The notes under the pieces: model-generated
What the model saw: only the letters and a program-made list of their open reading frames with translations
The model's database searches: none
What the model was told of the DNA's origin: nothing
Origin: Clostridiales bacterium
GTDB lineage: Bacteria; Bacillota; Sulfobacillia; RBS10-35
Assembly (NCBI GenBank): GCA_018729555.1
Contig: JAHHQG010000026.1
Span: forward strand, 259,329 to 323,328
Direction of reading: 5' to 3'
DNA length: 64,000 bases
In this document: positions 1 through 9,951 of the stretch, in pieces
Numbering within the stretch: position 1 is the stretch's first letter
How the letters are laid out: every line of letters starts with the position of its first letter
Program-made: the position numbers and the translations under genes

Positions 1-761
1 CCTACTACTGGGAAAAGGAAGAGCTCCCCTCCACCGATAACGGCCTTCTCTACGCCCTCATGCGGGGAGGATACCGGCGGCGCCTCTGGCCTAACACGCC
101 GGCCCTCAACTTCGATGTGGATACCCCTGCCGATGCAGCCCTCATGGCCCTATTGGCGTCGTGGGGGCAGGAAGCCCTGGACCGGCCGCCCTTGGTGGAG
201 GTGCTGGAGTCCCTTCCGTGGGTTCCCCCTTTGAAGGAGCGCTGGCGGCAGGTGGGCCACCTCTTGTCGACGGGGGGAGAGCTGATCCTCTTGGGCCGGG
301 TCTCGCCGGTGGCGGTGCTGGAGGTGAATGCCCGCTGGCCGGCTCGATTGCGGGTCTTTTCCGAGGAGCGGGGGATGAAGGCCCTGGGGCGGGTAGAGCG
401 GGGGGAGGTGCGCTCCCTGATGGGCGACTACCTCCGAGCAGTGGGACCTCAAACGTTCTTTGCCCGCATGGCGGAAGTGGCCCAGGGAGCCATCCTGGAC
501 ACCCGGGTTCTCCAGGCCCATTTCCGCTGGTCCTTGACGGAAGAAGAGCGCTTTGCCTCCGACGTGGGAAGGCCGCCGGAGCACCTCCCCCTTCTCTGGC
601 GGGAATTCGTCCGGGCATCGCAAGAAGCCCCCATGACGGTCCTTTTGGGGGGCCATACGGCGGTGTACGGGGGTATTTGGTGGCTGGCGGAGGAGCTCTA
701 TCGCTTGACGGACCGCAAGATTGCCGTACAGAAACCAAAATTGGGCAGGAATTTGGAGTGA
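1..761 (+). CDS. hypothetical protein, 3' part (start lies upstream of the window)
   Basis: Frame 3 is open from nt 3 and continuous with the 60..761 ORF. Third codon positions are G/C-biased. A NFDVDTPADAALM segment loosely recalls the DxDTPEDL tail of nucleotidyltransferase-fold proteins, but no family can be assigned by eye. Confidence 0.5.
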   Translation, partial: YYWEKEELPSTDNGLLYALMRGGYRRRLWPNTPALNFDVDTPADAALMALLASWGQEALDRPPLVEVLESLPWVPPLKERWRQVGHLLSTGGELILLGRVSPVAVLEVNARWPARLRVFSEERGMKALGRVERGEVRSLMGDYLRAVGPQTFFARMAEVAQGAILDTRVLQAHFRWSLTEEERFASDVGRPPEHLPLLWREFVRASQEAPMTVLLGGHTAVYGGIWWLAEELYRLTDRKIAVQKPKLGRNLE

Positions 762-797
762 CATCGCGAAAAAGTAGGCCACATGGGGGCGCGGTGA

Positions 798-1379
798 TTG
801 GACCTGGAAGCTCTTCTTCGTCGCCTCGAAGGCGTGGTGGCGGCCAGGGTTCGCTACCGGAACGGAGAACCGGAAGCTATCCACCTTTTGGTGGAAGGGG
901 ATCCCCAGGAGAGCGTGCAGCAGGTCCAGGCCCTTTTGATGACCGCCCTGGGCAAGACCATGCCCCCTGGGACCATCACCACCTCTCCGGCGGGCGATCG
1001 CCGGTGGCAAAGGCAGCGCTGGCAGCTGGTCCAGGTGTACTGGCTGTGGGAAAAGGGCCAGCATGAGGTGGTGGTAGAGGTGCGGGACGGTGGGCAGATC
1101 TTCGAGGGCCGGGCGCCTGCCGCCGCCGCCGGGAAGGCTTGGTCGGTGGCAGAAGCTACGGTGCAGGCCGTGAAGCAGGTCCTCGGCAGGGAATATGCCC
1201 GCCTGCACCTGGCCCACCTGGAAGAGATCCAGGTGGCAGGTGTGCCGGCCATTTTGGTGGCGGTGAGGACCGGCCTCCGCCATCCCCAGGTGTTCCTGGG
1301 TATCGCGGAGGGGGACGCGGGGTCGGGAGAAGCGGTGGCGAGGGCCACCCTCGATGCCCTCAACCGCCTGGATGGTTGA
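798..1379 (+). CDS. hypothetical protein
   Basis: 193-aa ORF with a TTG start and coding-like third-position G/C bias, directly downstream of the previous ORF. No recognisable motif. Confidence 0.45.
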   Translation: MDLEALLRRLEGVVAARVRYRNGEPEAIHLLVEGDPQESVQQVQALLMTALGKTMPPGTITTSPAGDRRWQRQRWQLVQVYWLWEKGQHEVVVEVRDGGQIFEGRAPAAAAGKAWSVAEATVQAVKQVLGREYARLHLAHLEEIQVAGVPAILVAVRTGLRHPQVFLGIAEGDAGSGEAVARATLDALNRLDG

Positions 1380-1651
1380 AAAGCGAATAAAGTTTCGAGC
1401 CCGCTCCTGGACGCCAACGCTTGCATCCCCTATAGCGAGGGATGACGGGCGACGAGCGAAGGAGTGCATGGATAAAATGCTGCGCTTGTGGAAGGTTCTC
1501 ATCGCCTTGGCTCTGGCGGCGATGGCTCTGGGGGCGAATTTCCAGGCTGGCTAATTTGATTTCCCCCTACGGTATACAGCGCAGCGGGGGCGGGCTCGAA
1601 GATTTTGAACTATAGACTTTTTTGCGTATCAGGTTACGAAGGGAGCCGGCC

Positions 1652-3064
1652 GTGGAGAACCCGCGCATCCGCCCGCAGCACTACGCCATCCTCACCCTCT
1701 TGGGAGGGCTCTTTGGCCTGGTGGCCTTCCACCTCTGGGAGCCCTCCATCTTCCACGACCCGGCGCTTTACGGGTTTTTGTTCCTGGCGCTGCTGGCGGA
1801 AGCCCTCCCCGTGGACCTTCCTCAGACGCGGGCCACCGTGTCCGTGGGCTTCCCCATCATCTTTGCCACGGGCATTATCCTGGGCCCCTTCGCCGGTCTT
1901 GTGGTGGGGGCCTTTGGCACCCTCAACCTGCGCCAGCTCCTTTTCCGGGTGCCGTGGGTCTTCGTTTTCTTCAACCGTTTCCAGCTGGGGCTTGCCGCGG
2001 CGGCCAGCGCCTGGATCTACGATTCTTTGGCTGCCGATGGTGGGAGCATGCTATGGGTGGGCCTTTTCCTGGGCGGGGCAGCTTACTTCATCATCAACGC
2101 CGGTTCCGTAACCTGGGTTATGGCCCTGTATCACAGTGTAACGGCGGGGTATTTTTTTCGCCGTTTCGTTCTGGGCACGGTGCCGGCCTACATCGCCCTC
2201 ATCCCCATGGCCTGGGTCATGGCCTCCATCTACACCCAGGTGGGCTTCTGGGCCCTCCTGGTCTTCTTCCTCCCCCTCTTTGCCGCCCGGGAATCCTTCC
2301 GCCTCTACAGCGAGCTGCGCCGGGCCTCACGGGAGATGGTGGTCACCCTGGCCAGGACCCTGGAGGTCCGCGATCCCTATACGGCGGGCCACTCCGAGCG
2401 GGTGGCCCGTTTGGCGGTGGCCATGGGGCGAAAGCTGGGGCTTTCCCAAGAGGACCTGGATTACCTGCATCTGGCGGGGCTTCTCCACGACATCGGGAAA
2501 GTGGCCATCCCCGACGCCATCCTTTCGAAAGAAGGTCCCCTGACGGAAGAAGAGCGGGCCATCATGGAGCTCCATCCCGGTACAGGCTATGAGATCATCA
2601 AGGGGCTTCAGTTCTTGGGACCCAGCCGGGGCTGGGTCCTTCACCATCATGAGCGTTGGGACGGCGAAGGCTACCCCGGAGGGTTGGAAGGGGAGGTCAT
2701 CCCCATCGGCGGGAGGATCCTGGCGGTGGCCGACGCCGTGGATGCCATGCTCTCCGATCGCCCCTACCGAAAAGGGTTCGACCTTCCTCATGTGTGCCAG
2801 GAGCTGGTGAATGGGGCGGGAACCCAGTTCGACAGCCACATCGTCAGGGTCTTTTTGGATGTGGCGGTGGACAGCACCCTCGTGGAAGAGGTCCTGGGTC
2901 GCACCGACGTGCTCAGCCTGGACGATGCCTACCGCCTGCAAGCGGCGTTGGAGCACCGCCCAGGAGGGGTCTCCGAGGCGGCGGTAACCCGGGAGCCCTC
3001 CTCGGTGGAAGGGGAGCGGGGGTTGCCCGGTACGGGCACGGGCCAGCCCCATGAGATCCCCTGA
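1652..3064 (+). CDS. HD-GYP domain protein (putative cyclic-di-GMP phosphodiesterase) with N-terminal multi-span membrane domain
   Basis: Motifs HSERVARLA, LHDIGKVAIPD, HHERWDGEGYP and DRPYRKG are present. The N-terminal half is hydrophobic. GTG 1652 is preceded by GAAGGGAG; the ORF opens at TTG 1622, so the start is uncertain. Confidence 0.9.
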   Translation: MENPRIRPQHYAILTLLGGLFGLVAFHLWEPSIFHDPALYGFLFLALLAEALPVDLPQTRATVSVGFPIIFATGIILGPFAGLVVGAFGTLNLRQLLFRVPWVFVFFNRFQLGLAAAASAWIYDSLAADGGSMLWVGLFLGGAAYFIINAGSVTWVMALYHSVTAGYFFRRFVLGTVPAYIALIPMAWVMASIYTQVGFWALLVFFLPLFAARESFRLYSELRRASREMVVTLARTLEVRDPYTAGHSERVARLAVAMGRKLGLSQEDLDYLHLAGLLHDIGKVAIPDAILSKEGPLTEEERAIMELHPGTGYEIIKGLQFLGPSRGWVLHHHERWDGEGYPGGLEGEVIPIGGRILAVADAVDAMLSDRPYRKGFDLPHVCQELVNGAGTQFDSHIVRVFLDVAVDSTLVEEVLGRTDVLSLDDAYRLQAALEHRPGGVSEAAVTREPSSVEGERGLPGTGTGQPHEIP

Positions 3065-3579
3065 TGCTCTGGCTTATCCCCATCGTCCTCGGAATCCTGG
3101 TGGGCTTTTTGCGCGGCGGCAGCTGGAAGTCCCTTGCCCAGACCCCCATCCGGGGAGGCGTTCTCTTGGCGGTGGGAGTCGGGTTGCAGCTGGCCTTGCG
3201 CTGGCTTCCCGATGCCTACCAAGGGATGGTCCACAGCTTTTCGTATTTCTTTCTCTTGGCCTTCCTCCTCCTCAACTGGGAGCTCCCAGGGATGGCCTTT
3301 CTGGTGGCGGGGACCCTTTTAAACGGCCTCGTCATCATCGCCAACGGAGGAAAGATGCCCGTGGAAGGCACCTTTTTGAAGCATGGGCTTCGCCCTGACG
3401 GGATCCACCAGCTGGCCTCCCCCGATACCCTCTTCCCCTACCTCGGCGACTGGATCGCCGCACCTTATTTTGGCGGCCAGATCCAGATCCTCAGCCCTGG
3501 CGATCTGGCCTTGATGGTGGGGCTCTTCTGGCTGGTGCAGCAGCAGATGGTGGCGGGGGCCAGAGCTTCAAGGCGATGA
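3064..3579 (+). CDS. small polytopic membrane protein, DUF5317-like
   Basis: 171 aa, hydrophobic, with the NGLVIIANGGKMPV and SPGD motifs I associate with DUF5317. Its ATG overlaps the HD-GYP stop by 1 nt (TGATG). Confidence 0.7.
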   Translation: MLWLIPIVLGILVGFLRGGSWKSLAQTPIRGGVLLAVGVGLQLALRWLPDAYQGMVHSFSYFFLLAFLLLNWELPGMAFLVAGTLLNGLVIIANGGKMPVEGTFLKHGLRPDGIHQLASPDTLFPYLGDWIAAPYFGGQIQILSPGDLALMVGLFWLVQQQMVAGARASRR

Positions 3580-3733
3580 ACGAAAGGAGCTCGCTCCTCG
3601 GCTTCTCCCGTCTCTCGCCGTTGGCCGTCAACCCCGAGGTCTAACACGCTACGACAGCCACAGCCATCCGCCTTCATGTCCGGGCATGATCGCCGCAGCA
3701 CGGCCCTTCTGCGGCGTGGGCCCAGGAGCCGCC

Positions 3734-4828
3734 TCAGGCTTTGGGCGCGTGCTCCACGATCTCCCGGATGGGGAAGGCGAGGGAGATCCCTTCGTCCTCC
3801 AGGATCTCCAGCACCTTCAGGTTGATCTCCTCCACGATCTTCAGCCACTCGGCCCAGACGGTGGTCCGGGTGAAACAGCTCACGAGAATTGAAAGGGCAT
3901 CGGGGTTCAGCTGGTCGAAGTTGACGTAAAGGCTGTCCTGATGGATGCCGGGGTGGCCGGCCATGTACTGGCGCATCCGCTGGAGAAACCGCTCCACTTT
4001 TTCCGGAGGAGTATATAGAGAAAGGCCCACCCGGAACATGATCCGGCGCCGCCCCATGCGGCTCCAGTTCTTCAAGGGGCCGGACACCAGGGTGCTGTTG
4101 GGGATGATCACCAGACCCTGGTCAAAGGTGCGGATCTTGGTGCTGCGGATGGTGATCTCCTCCACGGTGCCGCTGATCGTTCCCGACTCGATCCAGTCGC
4201 CGATGTCAAAGGTCTTTTCCAGGAGGATGACCGCCCCCGCAAAGAGGTTCGAGAGGGTGTTCTGGGCTGCCAGGGCCACCGCCAAGCCCCCGAGACCCAG
4301 CCCCGCGATGAGGCTTTCGATCCGATACCCGAACTCCTGGAGGATCATGGTGGCGGCCACCGCCACCGTCACAAAGCGCACCAGGCCCGTCAAGACGGGG
4401 AGGAGAACCTTTTGGAATTCCAACCCATAGCGCTGGGTCAAAAGCTGGAGCCAGCGGGCGGTGTGGGAGGAAAAGCGCCAAAAGCCCCAGGCTGCCAGGA
4501 GGATGGTGGCGATGCGGATGGCCTTCGTGCCTTGGGGCGTGGACGCCCAGCTGGGATACCAGAAGCCCGCCGTGATCCCCAGGGCCAAAAGGATCCAGGC
4601 GGCTGCCAGGGGCGCGGCGAAGGCATGGAGGAGGGACACCAAAGTGCCGGCGTCCTGCCGGCTCCACCGCCGCTGCAACGGAGGCCAGACCCACCGGGAG
4701 GCCACGAAGAGGAGGGCGGCAAACACCGCCGCCACGATGCTGGTGGAAAGGAGCTTTAGCCAAAGGGACCCGTGAATCACCGGGTTGAGGATGGCTCTCG
4801 CTTCCTCTCTTCCGTTCGCTTCCCGCAT
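3734..4828 (-). CDS. mechanosensitive ion channel family protein (MscS-like)
   Basis: N-terminal TM helices followed by LSNLFAGAVILLEKTFDIGDWIE..GTVEEITIRSTKIRTFDQGLVIIPNS, typical of the MscS beta domain. Confidence 0.9.
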   Translation of the reverse strand: MREANGREEARAILNPVIHGSLWLKLLSTSIVAAVFAALLFVASRWVWPPLQRRWSRQDAGTLVSLLHAFAAPLAAAWILLALGITAGFWYPSWASTPQGTKAIRIATILLAAWGFWRFSSHTARWLQLLTQRYGLEFQKVLLPVLTGLVRFVTVAVAATMILQEFGYRIESLIAGLGLGGLAVALAAQNTLSNLFAGAVILLEKTFDIGDWIESGTISGTVEEITIRSTKIRTFDQGLVIIPNSTLVSGPLKNWSRMGRRRIMFRVGLSLYTPPEKVERFLQRMRQYMAGHPGIHQDSLYVNFDQLNPDALSILVSCFTRTTVWAEWLKIVEEINLKVLEILEDEGISLAFPIREIVEHAPKA

Positions 4829-4845
4829 TTTGCCACAATAGAGCC

Positions 4846-5319
4846 ATGGAGCGGGAGCCCTTCCGCGTCATCCTGGTGGAACCCGAAATCCCTCCCAATA
4901 CCGGCAACATCGCCCGCACCTGCGTCGTCACCGGCACCGTCCTGGGGTTGGTGCATCCTCTGGGATTCTCTTTGGAAGATCGCTACCTCAAGCGGGCCGG
5001 GCTGGATTACTGGCCCGAGCTCATGCTGGAGGAGTTCCAGTCCTTTGCCGAGGTGGAAGCCCGTTACCGGGGAAAGCGCTTCTGGCTCTTTTCGCCTAAA
5101 GGCGAGACCCGCTACACCGATGTGCGCTACCTTCCGGGGGATCTCCTGGTCTTTGGCAAGGAAACTACGGGTCTTCCCGACGAGCTCCTGGAACGGTACC
5201 GTCCCTTTGTCCTCCGCATCCCCATGCGGCCCCGGAGCCGCTCCCTCAACCTCTCCAACGCCGTGGCCCTGGTCCTTTACGAAGCCCTCCGGCAAAATGA
5301 CTTTATGGATCTCGTCTGA
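4846..5319 (+). CDS. trmL: tRNA (cytidine/uridine-2'-O)-methyltransferase TrmL (SpoU/TrmH family)
   Basis: 157 aa. Contains ILVEPEIPPNTGNIARTC, LVFGKETTGLP and SLNLSNAVALVLYEALRQ. Confidence 0.9.
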   Translation: MEREPFRVILVEPEIPPNTGNIARTCVVTGTVLGLVHPLGFSLEDRYLKRAGLDYWPELMLEEFQSFAEVEARYRGKRFWLFSPKGETRYTDVRYLPGDLLVFGKETTGLPDELLERYRPFVLRIPMRPRSRSLNLSNAVALVLYEALRQNDFMDLV

Positions 5320-5328
5320 AGGGAAGGC

Positions 5329-6033
5329 GTGCCGTTGGATGGGGAAGCAGCTCTCGCTCGTTTAAAGGCCTTTCGGGAGGAGCTGGCGGCCTGGGCCCGC
5401 GCCGTGGGGCGAGCCCCTGAGGAGATTCGCCTGCTCCTCGCCAGCAAAACTGTCCCTGCCGACGTCTTGCGGGCCGTGGCGGCCAGGGAGCCCCTTCTCC
5501 TCGGAGAAAACTTCGCGCAGGAGCTAAAAGTCAAGGCTCCCAAGCTGGCGGACCTCCCCGTGGAATGGCATTTCATCGGCCACCTCCAGAGCAACAAGGT
5601 GAAAGACGTCCTCCCCTTCGTCACCATGATCCATTCCCTGGACCGGCCGTCTCTGGCTCGGGAGCTCCACAAGCGCCTCACAAAGGAAGGGCGCAGGTTG
5701 CCCGTCCTGGTGGAGGTGAACACTTCGGAGGAACCGCAAAAGCACGGCCTTCCCCCCGACGAGGTGGATGCGTTCCTCACCTTCCTTCGAGATTATCCCA
5801 CCCTCTCCGTCCAGGGGTTCATGACCGTCGGTCCCCTCACCTCCGATGAAGACCGCATCCGGCGGTCTTTCGCCCGTCTGCGGGAGCTCCGGGACGCCAT
5901 GCAGGCCCGTTTCCCCCAACTCCCCCTGGTCCATCTCTCCATGGGCATGTCGGGGGACTGGAAGCTGGCGGTGGCGGAAGGGGCCACCATCCTCCGCATC
6001 GGCACCGCCATCTTCGGCCCCCGCCCCACCTGA
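5329..6033 (+). CDS. yggS: YggS/YlmE family pyridoxal-phosphate homeostasis protein
   Basis: Contains SKTVP, WHFIGHLQSNKVK, LSMGMSGD and IRIGTAIFG. GTG start after GAAGGGAAGG. Confidence 0.9.
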   Translation: MPLDGEAALARLKAFREELAAWARAVGRAPEEIRLLLASKTVPADVLRAVAAREPLLLGENFAQELKVKAPKLADLPVEWHFIGHLQSNKVKDVLPFVTMIHSLDRPSLARELHKRLTKEGRRLPVLVEVNTSEEPQKHGLPPDEVDAFLTFLRDYPTLSVQGFMTVGPLTSDEDRIRRSFARLRELRDAMQARFPQLPLVHLSMGMSGDWKLAVAEGATILRIGTAIFGPRPT

Positions 6034-6098
6034 TACCAGTTTTCTCCGGCCTGTCCCCCGTGATAAACTGTTAGGGTAGCTATTAGGGGGCGAGTCCC

Positions 6099-8831
6099 TT
6101 GTTTCAAGCCTTAAAGCAATGGCTCAACTACAACGAACGGGAACTCCGGCGCATCCGGCCCATCTTGGAGAAGGTGAACCGGTTGGAGCCGGAGGTGGAG
6201 AAGTGGACCGACAGCCAGCTGCAGGGCGCCACCGCCCAATTCAAAGAGCGGCTTTCCCGGGGTGAAAGCCTGGACGACCTTTTGCCGGAAGCCTTTGCCG
6301 TGGTGCGGGAGGCGTCCAAGCGGGTGCTGGGCATGCGCCATTTCGACGTCCAGATCCTGGGGGGCATCGTCCTCCACGAGGGAAAGATCGCCGAGATGGC
6401 CACAGGGGAAGGGAAGACCCTGGTGGCCACCCTTCCCGCCTACCTCAACGCCCTGACGGGAAAGGGCGTTCACGTGGTGACGGTCAACGACTACCTGGCC
6501 AAGCGGGATAGCGAATGGATGGGCCAGCTCTACAAGTTCCTGGGGCTCCGGGTGGGGCTCATCACCCACGCCACAGAACCGCAGGAGCGCAAGAAGGCCT
6601 ACGCCGCCGACATCACCTACGGGACCAACAACGAATTCGGCTTCGACTACCTGCGGGACAACATGGTCATGTACGCCGAGGATCGCGTCCAGCGGGGCCT
6701 CCATTACGCCATCGTGGACGAGGTGGACAGCATCCTCATCGACGAAGCCCGCACCCCCCTCATCATCTCGGGCATGCGGGATAAACCCACGGACCTTTAC
6801 TACAAATTCGCCCGCATCGTGGAAAAACTGCAGCGGGACGTGGACTACACCGTGGACGAGAAGCTCCGCACCGTGGCGCCGACGGAAGAAGGGGTCGCCA
6901 AGGTGGAAAAGGCCCTGGGCGTCGACAACCTCTACGCCACCGACCATATGGACTTGGCCCATTACCTGGAAAACGCCCTCAAGGCCAAGGAGCTGATGCA
7001 CCGCGACCGGGACTATGTGGTGAAGGACGGCCAGGTCATCATCGTGGACGAATTCACCGGCCGCCTCATGTTCGGCCGGCGGTACTCCGACGGCCTCCAC
7101 CAGGCCATCGAGGCCAAGGAGAATGTGAAGATCGCCCAGGAGAGCCGGACCCTGGCCACCATCACCTTCCAGAACTACTTCCGCATGTACGAGAAGCTGG
7201 CGGGTATGACGGGAACGGCGGCCACGGAAGCCGACGAGTTCGACAAGATCTACAACCTCAGCGTGGTGGTCATCCCCACCAACCGCCCCATGATCAGAAA
7301 GGACTTCCCCGACGTGGTCTACAAGACGGAAGCCGCCAAGTTTCGGGCCATCGTCCGGGAGATCAAAGAGCGCCATGCCAAAGGGCAGCCCATACTGGTG
7401 GGCACCGCCTCCATCGAGAAGTCGGAACGGCTGAGCGCCCTTTTGAAGCGGGAAGGCATTCCCCACAAGGTGCTGAACGCCAAGAACCACGAGCAGGAGG
7501 CGGAGATCATCGCCCAGGCAGGCCGCTTGGGCCAGGTGACCATCTCCACCAACATGGCGGGCCGCGGCACCGATATCCTCCTGGGGGGCAATCCCGAGTA
7601 CAAGGCCCGCCAGCAGCTGCAGAAGATGAAGATCCCCGAGGAGATCATCGCCGTGGCGGTGGAGCATGCCCCCACCGACGACCCCAGGGTCCTGGAGGCC
7701 CGGGCCCTCTACCGGCAGTTCCTGGCCGAAGCCAAGAAGGAAACCGACGCCGAGCACGAAAAGGTGGTGGCCCTGGGAGGCCTCCACGTCATCGGGAGCG
7801 AGCGCCACGAGGCCCGGCGCATCGACAACCAGCTGCGAGGCCGGGCGGGCCGCCAGGGGGATCCGGGATCCAGCCGCTTCTACATCTCCCTGGAAGATGA
7901 CCTCATGCGCCTCTTCGGGTCCGAAAGCCTCCAGGGCATCATGGACCGGCTCGGGGTGGACGAAGACGAGCCCATCGAGCATCCCCTGGTGACCCGGGCC
8001 ATCGAATCGGCCCAGCGGAAGGTGGAAGCCAGGAACTTCGACATCCGCAAGCACCTTCTGGAATACGACGACGTCATGAACCAGCAGCGGGAGGTCATCT
8101 ACGGCCAGCGGCGCCGCCTCCTGGAGGACCCCGACATGAGGGACATTATCTTGGGGATGGCGGAAGCCCTGGTGGAGCGATGGGTGGCGGAAAGCTGCCC
8201 GCCCCGCAGCCACCCCGACACGTGGGATCTGGAGGGCCTCCTTGAGACCGCAGCCCAGTTCTTCCTCCTCCCCGGCCGGCTGACGGTCGACGAGCTGCAG
8301 GACCTGGAGCCCGATGAGATCCAGGAACGGCTCCTGGCGGAAGCGGCCCGGCGCTGGGAGGAGCGGGCGAAAGAGATGGGGTCCGAGAACCTGCAGGAGC
8401 TGGCCCGCGTCATCGCCCTCCGGACCATCGACAGCAAGTGGATGGACCACCTGGAAGCCATGGAAGGGCTGCGGGAAGGCATCGGCTTGCGGGCCTACGG
8501 CCAGCGGGATCCCTTGGTGGAGTACAAGATGGAAGCCTTCGAGATGTTCGAAGAGCTCCGCCAGAACATCCAGGAGGATATCGTCAAGCTGGTCTTCCGG
8601 CTGCAGGTGGTTCAGCAGGTGGAACGCCGCAGCGTGGTCCGGGGGCTCCAGGCCCGCCACCCCAGCCTGGCGGCAGGAGCCGAAGGCCCGGGGCGGGCGC
8701 CGGTGGCCCTGGCGTCGCCGCCGGAAGCCGCACCGCCTAAGCTCCAGCCTGTCCGGGTCCAGAAGGTGGGGCGCAACGATCCCTGCCCCTGTGGAAGCGG
8801 AAAGAAATACAAGCACTGCCATGGAAGGTGA
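6099..8831 (+). CDS. secA: preprotein translocase ATPase SecA
   Basis: 910 aa. Contains [49 protein letters not shown] and the C-terminal zinc motif [17 protein letters not shown] start. Confidence 0.97.
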   Translation: MFQALKQWLNYNERELRRIRPILEKVNRLEPEVEKWTDSQLQGATAQFKERLSRGESLDDLLPEAFAVVREASKRVLGMRHFDVQILGGIVLHEGKIAEMATGEGKTLVATLPAYLNALTGKGVHVVTVNDYLAKRDSEWMGQLYKFLGLRVGLITHATEPQERKKAYAADITYGTNNEFGFDYLRDNMVMYAEDRVQRGLHYAIVDEVDSILIDEARTPLIISGMRDKPTDLYYKFARIVEKLQRDVDYTVDEKLRTVAPTEEGVAKVEKALGVDNLYATDHMDLAHYLENALKAKELMHRDRDYVVKDGQVIIVDEFTGRLMFGRRYSDGLHQAIEAKENVKIAQESRTLATITFQNYFRMYEKLAGMTGTAATEADEFDKIYNLSVVVIPTNRPMIRKDFPDVVYKTEAAKFRAIVREIKERHAKGQPILVGTASIEKSERLSALLKREGIPHKVLNAKNHEQEAEIIAQAGRLGQVTISTNMAGRGTDILLGGNPEYKARQQLQKMKIPEEIIAVAVEHAPTDDPRVLEARALYRQFLAEAKKETDAEHEKVVALGGLHVIGSERHEARRIDNQLRGRAGRQGDPGSSRFYISLEDDLMRLFGSESLQGIMDRLGVDEDEPIEHPLVTRAIESAQRKVEARNFDIRKHLLEYDDVMNQQREVIYGQRRRLLEDPDMRDIILGMAEALVERWVAESCPPRSHPDTWDLEGLLETAAQFFLLPGRLTVDELQDLEPDEIQERLLAEAARRWEERAKEMGSENLQELARVIALRTIDSKWMDHLEAMEGLREGIGLRAYGQRDPLVEYKMEAFEMFEELRQNIQEDIVKLVFRLQVVQQVERRSVVRGLQARHPSLAAGAEGPGRAPVALASPPEAAPPKLQPVRVQKVGRNDPCPCGSGKKYKHCHGR

Positions 8832-8840
8832 GACGGAAGG

Positions 8841-9951
8841 ATGCTGCAGGACACCTTTCGCGAGGATTGGAAAGAGCTGACGGCCCGCCTGGAATCCCTA
8901 AGGAGGTCTCTTTGACCCGGCGAGCCTGGAAGAGCAAATCCGGCGCTATGAGGAGGCCATGGCTCGGCCCGACTTCTGGGACGACGGCGACGAGGCCCAG
9001 AAGATCCTCCGCCACCTGAAGGTAGTCCGCAACCGGTATGAAACGCTTCAGTCCTTGGAGTCCCAGCGGGAGGAAATCGAAGCCCTCTTCGATCTCCTGG
9101 AGGAAGCCCCTGACGACGGAGAGCTCCAGGAGGAGCTGAAGGAAAGCCTCCCCGGGTTCCAAAAGCAGCTGGACGCCTTCGAAACGGAGCTCTTGCTCCA
9201 GGGCCCCTACGACGAACGGGATGCCCTCCTCTCCATCCACCCCGGGGCCGGCGGCACCGAAGCCCAGGACTGGGGAGCCATGCTCCTCCGCATGTACACC
9301 CGCTGGGCGGAGGAAAAAGGGTTCCAGGTGGAGGTCATCGACTACCAGGAGGGGGAAGAAGCCGGCATCAAGTCGGCCACCCTGGCCATCAAAGGGCCCT
9401 ATGCCTACGGCTACCTCAGGGGTGAACGGGGGGTCCACCGCCTGGTGCGCCATTCCCCCTTCGATGCCTCGGGCCGCCGCCACACTTCCTTCGCCGCCGT
9501 GGACGTCCTCCCGGTCCTCGATCCCGCCGACGAAGAGCTGAAGCCCGAGGATCTGGAGATCCAGTTCTTCCGGGCCAGCGGCCCCGGAGGTCAGCACGTC
9601 AACAAGACGGAGTCGGCGGTGCGGATCACCCATAAGCCCACGGGCATCACCGTGAGCTGCCAGTCGGAGCGCTCCCAGCATGCCAACCGGGAGCATGCCC
9701 TGACCCTTTTGCGGGCCAAGGTGGCCCAGCGGCGCATCGAAGAGCGGGAGAAGGAGCTGCAGGCGGAGCGGGGCCAGGTGGGGGAGATCGCCTGGGGCAA
9801 CCAGATCCGCTCCTACGTCTTCGAACCTTACACGCTGGTGAAGGACCACCGGACGGGGGTCAGCGTGGGGAATATCCGGGCCGTCATGGACGGCGACATC
9901 GACATCTTCATCATGGGCTTCCTGAGGCAAGGCCTTGTCGCCAAGAGCTGA
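8841..9951 (+). CDS. prfB: peptide chain release factor 2, requires programmed +1 frameshift at 8910-8916
   Basis: ATG 8841 opens a 24-codon frame ending at an in-frame TGA (8913-8915). Shifting +1 joins it to the 8959..9951 frame: DPASLEEQIRRYEEAMARPDFWDD, then the SPF motif (RHSPFD) and GGQ (SGPGGQHVNKTESAVRITH). Confidence 0.95.
8901..8916 (+). promoter_or_regulatory. RF2 autoregulatory +1 frameshift site
   Basis: AGGAGG (internal SD-like, 8901-8906), then TCT, then CTT TGA C. This is the canonical CUU UGA C slippery/stop context. Confidence 0.9.

Noticed and set aside
6111-8822. A 903-aa ORF antisense to secA. There are many other ORFs of several hundred codons on the opposite strand of confident genes, for example 150..1502, 8737..10341, 16708..18219, 24243..25586, 27468..28727, 28878..30620, 39585..41075.
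   Set aside because: Their products are low-complexity Gly/Pro/Arg/His/Leu-rich strings with no motifs. They mirror well-identified genes. Stop-poor antisense frames are expected in G+C-rich DNA.
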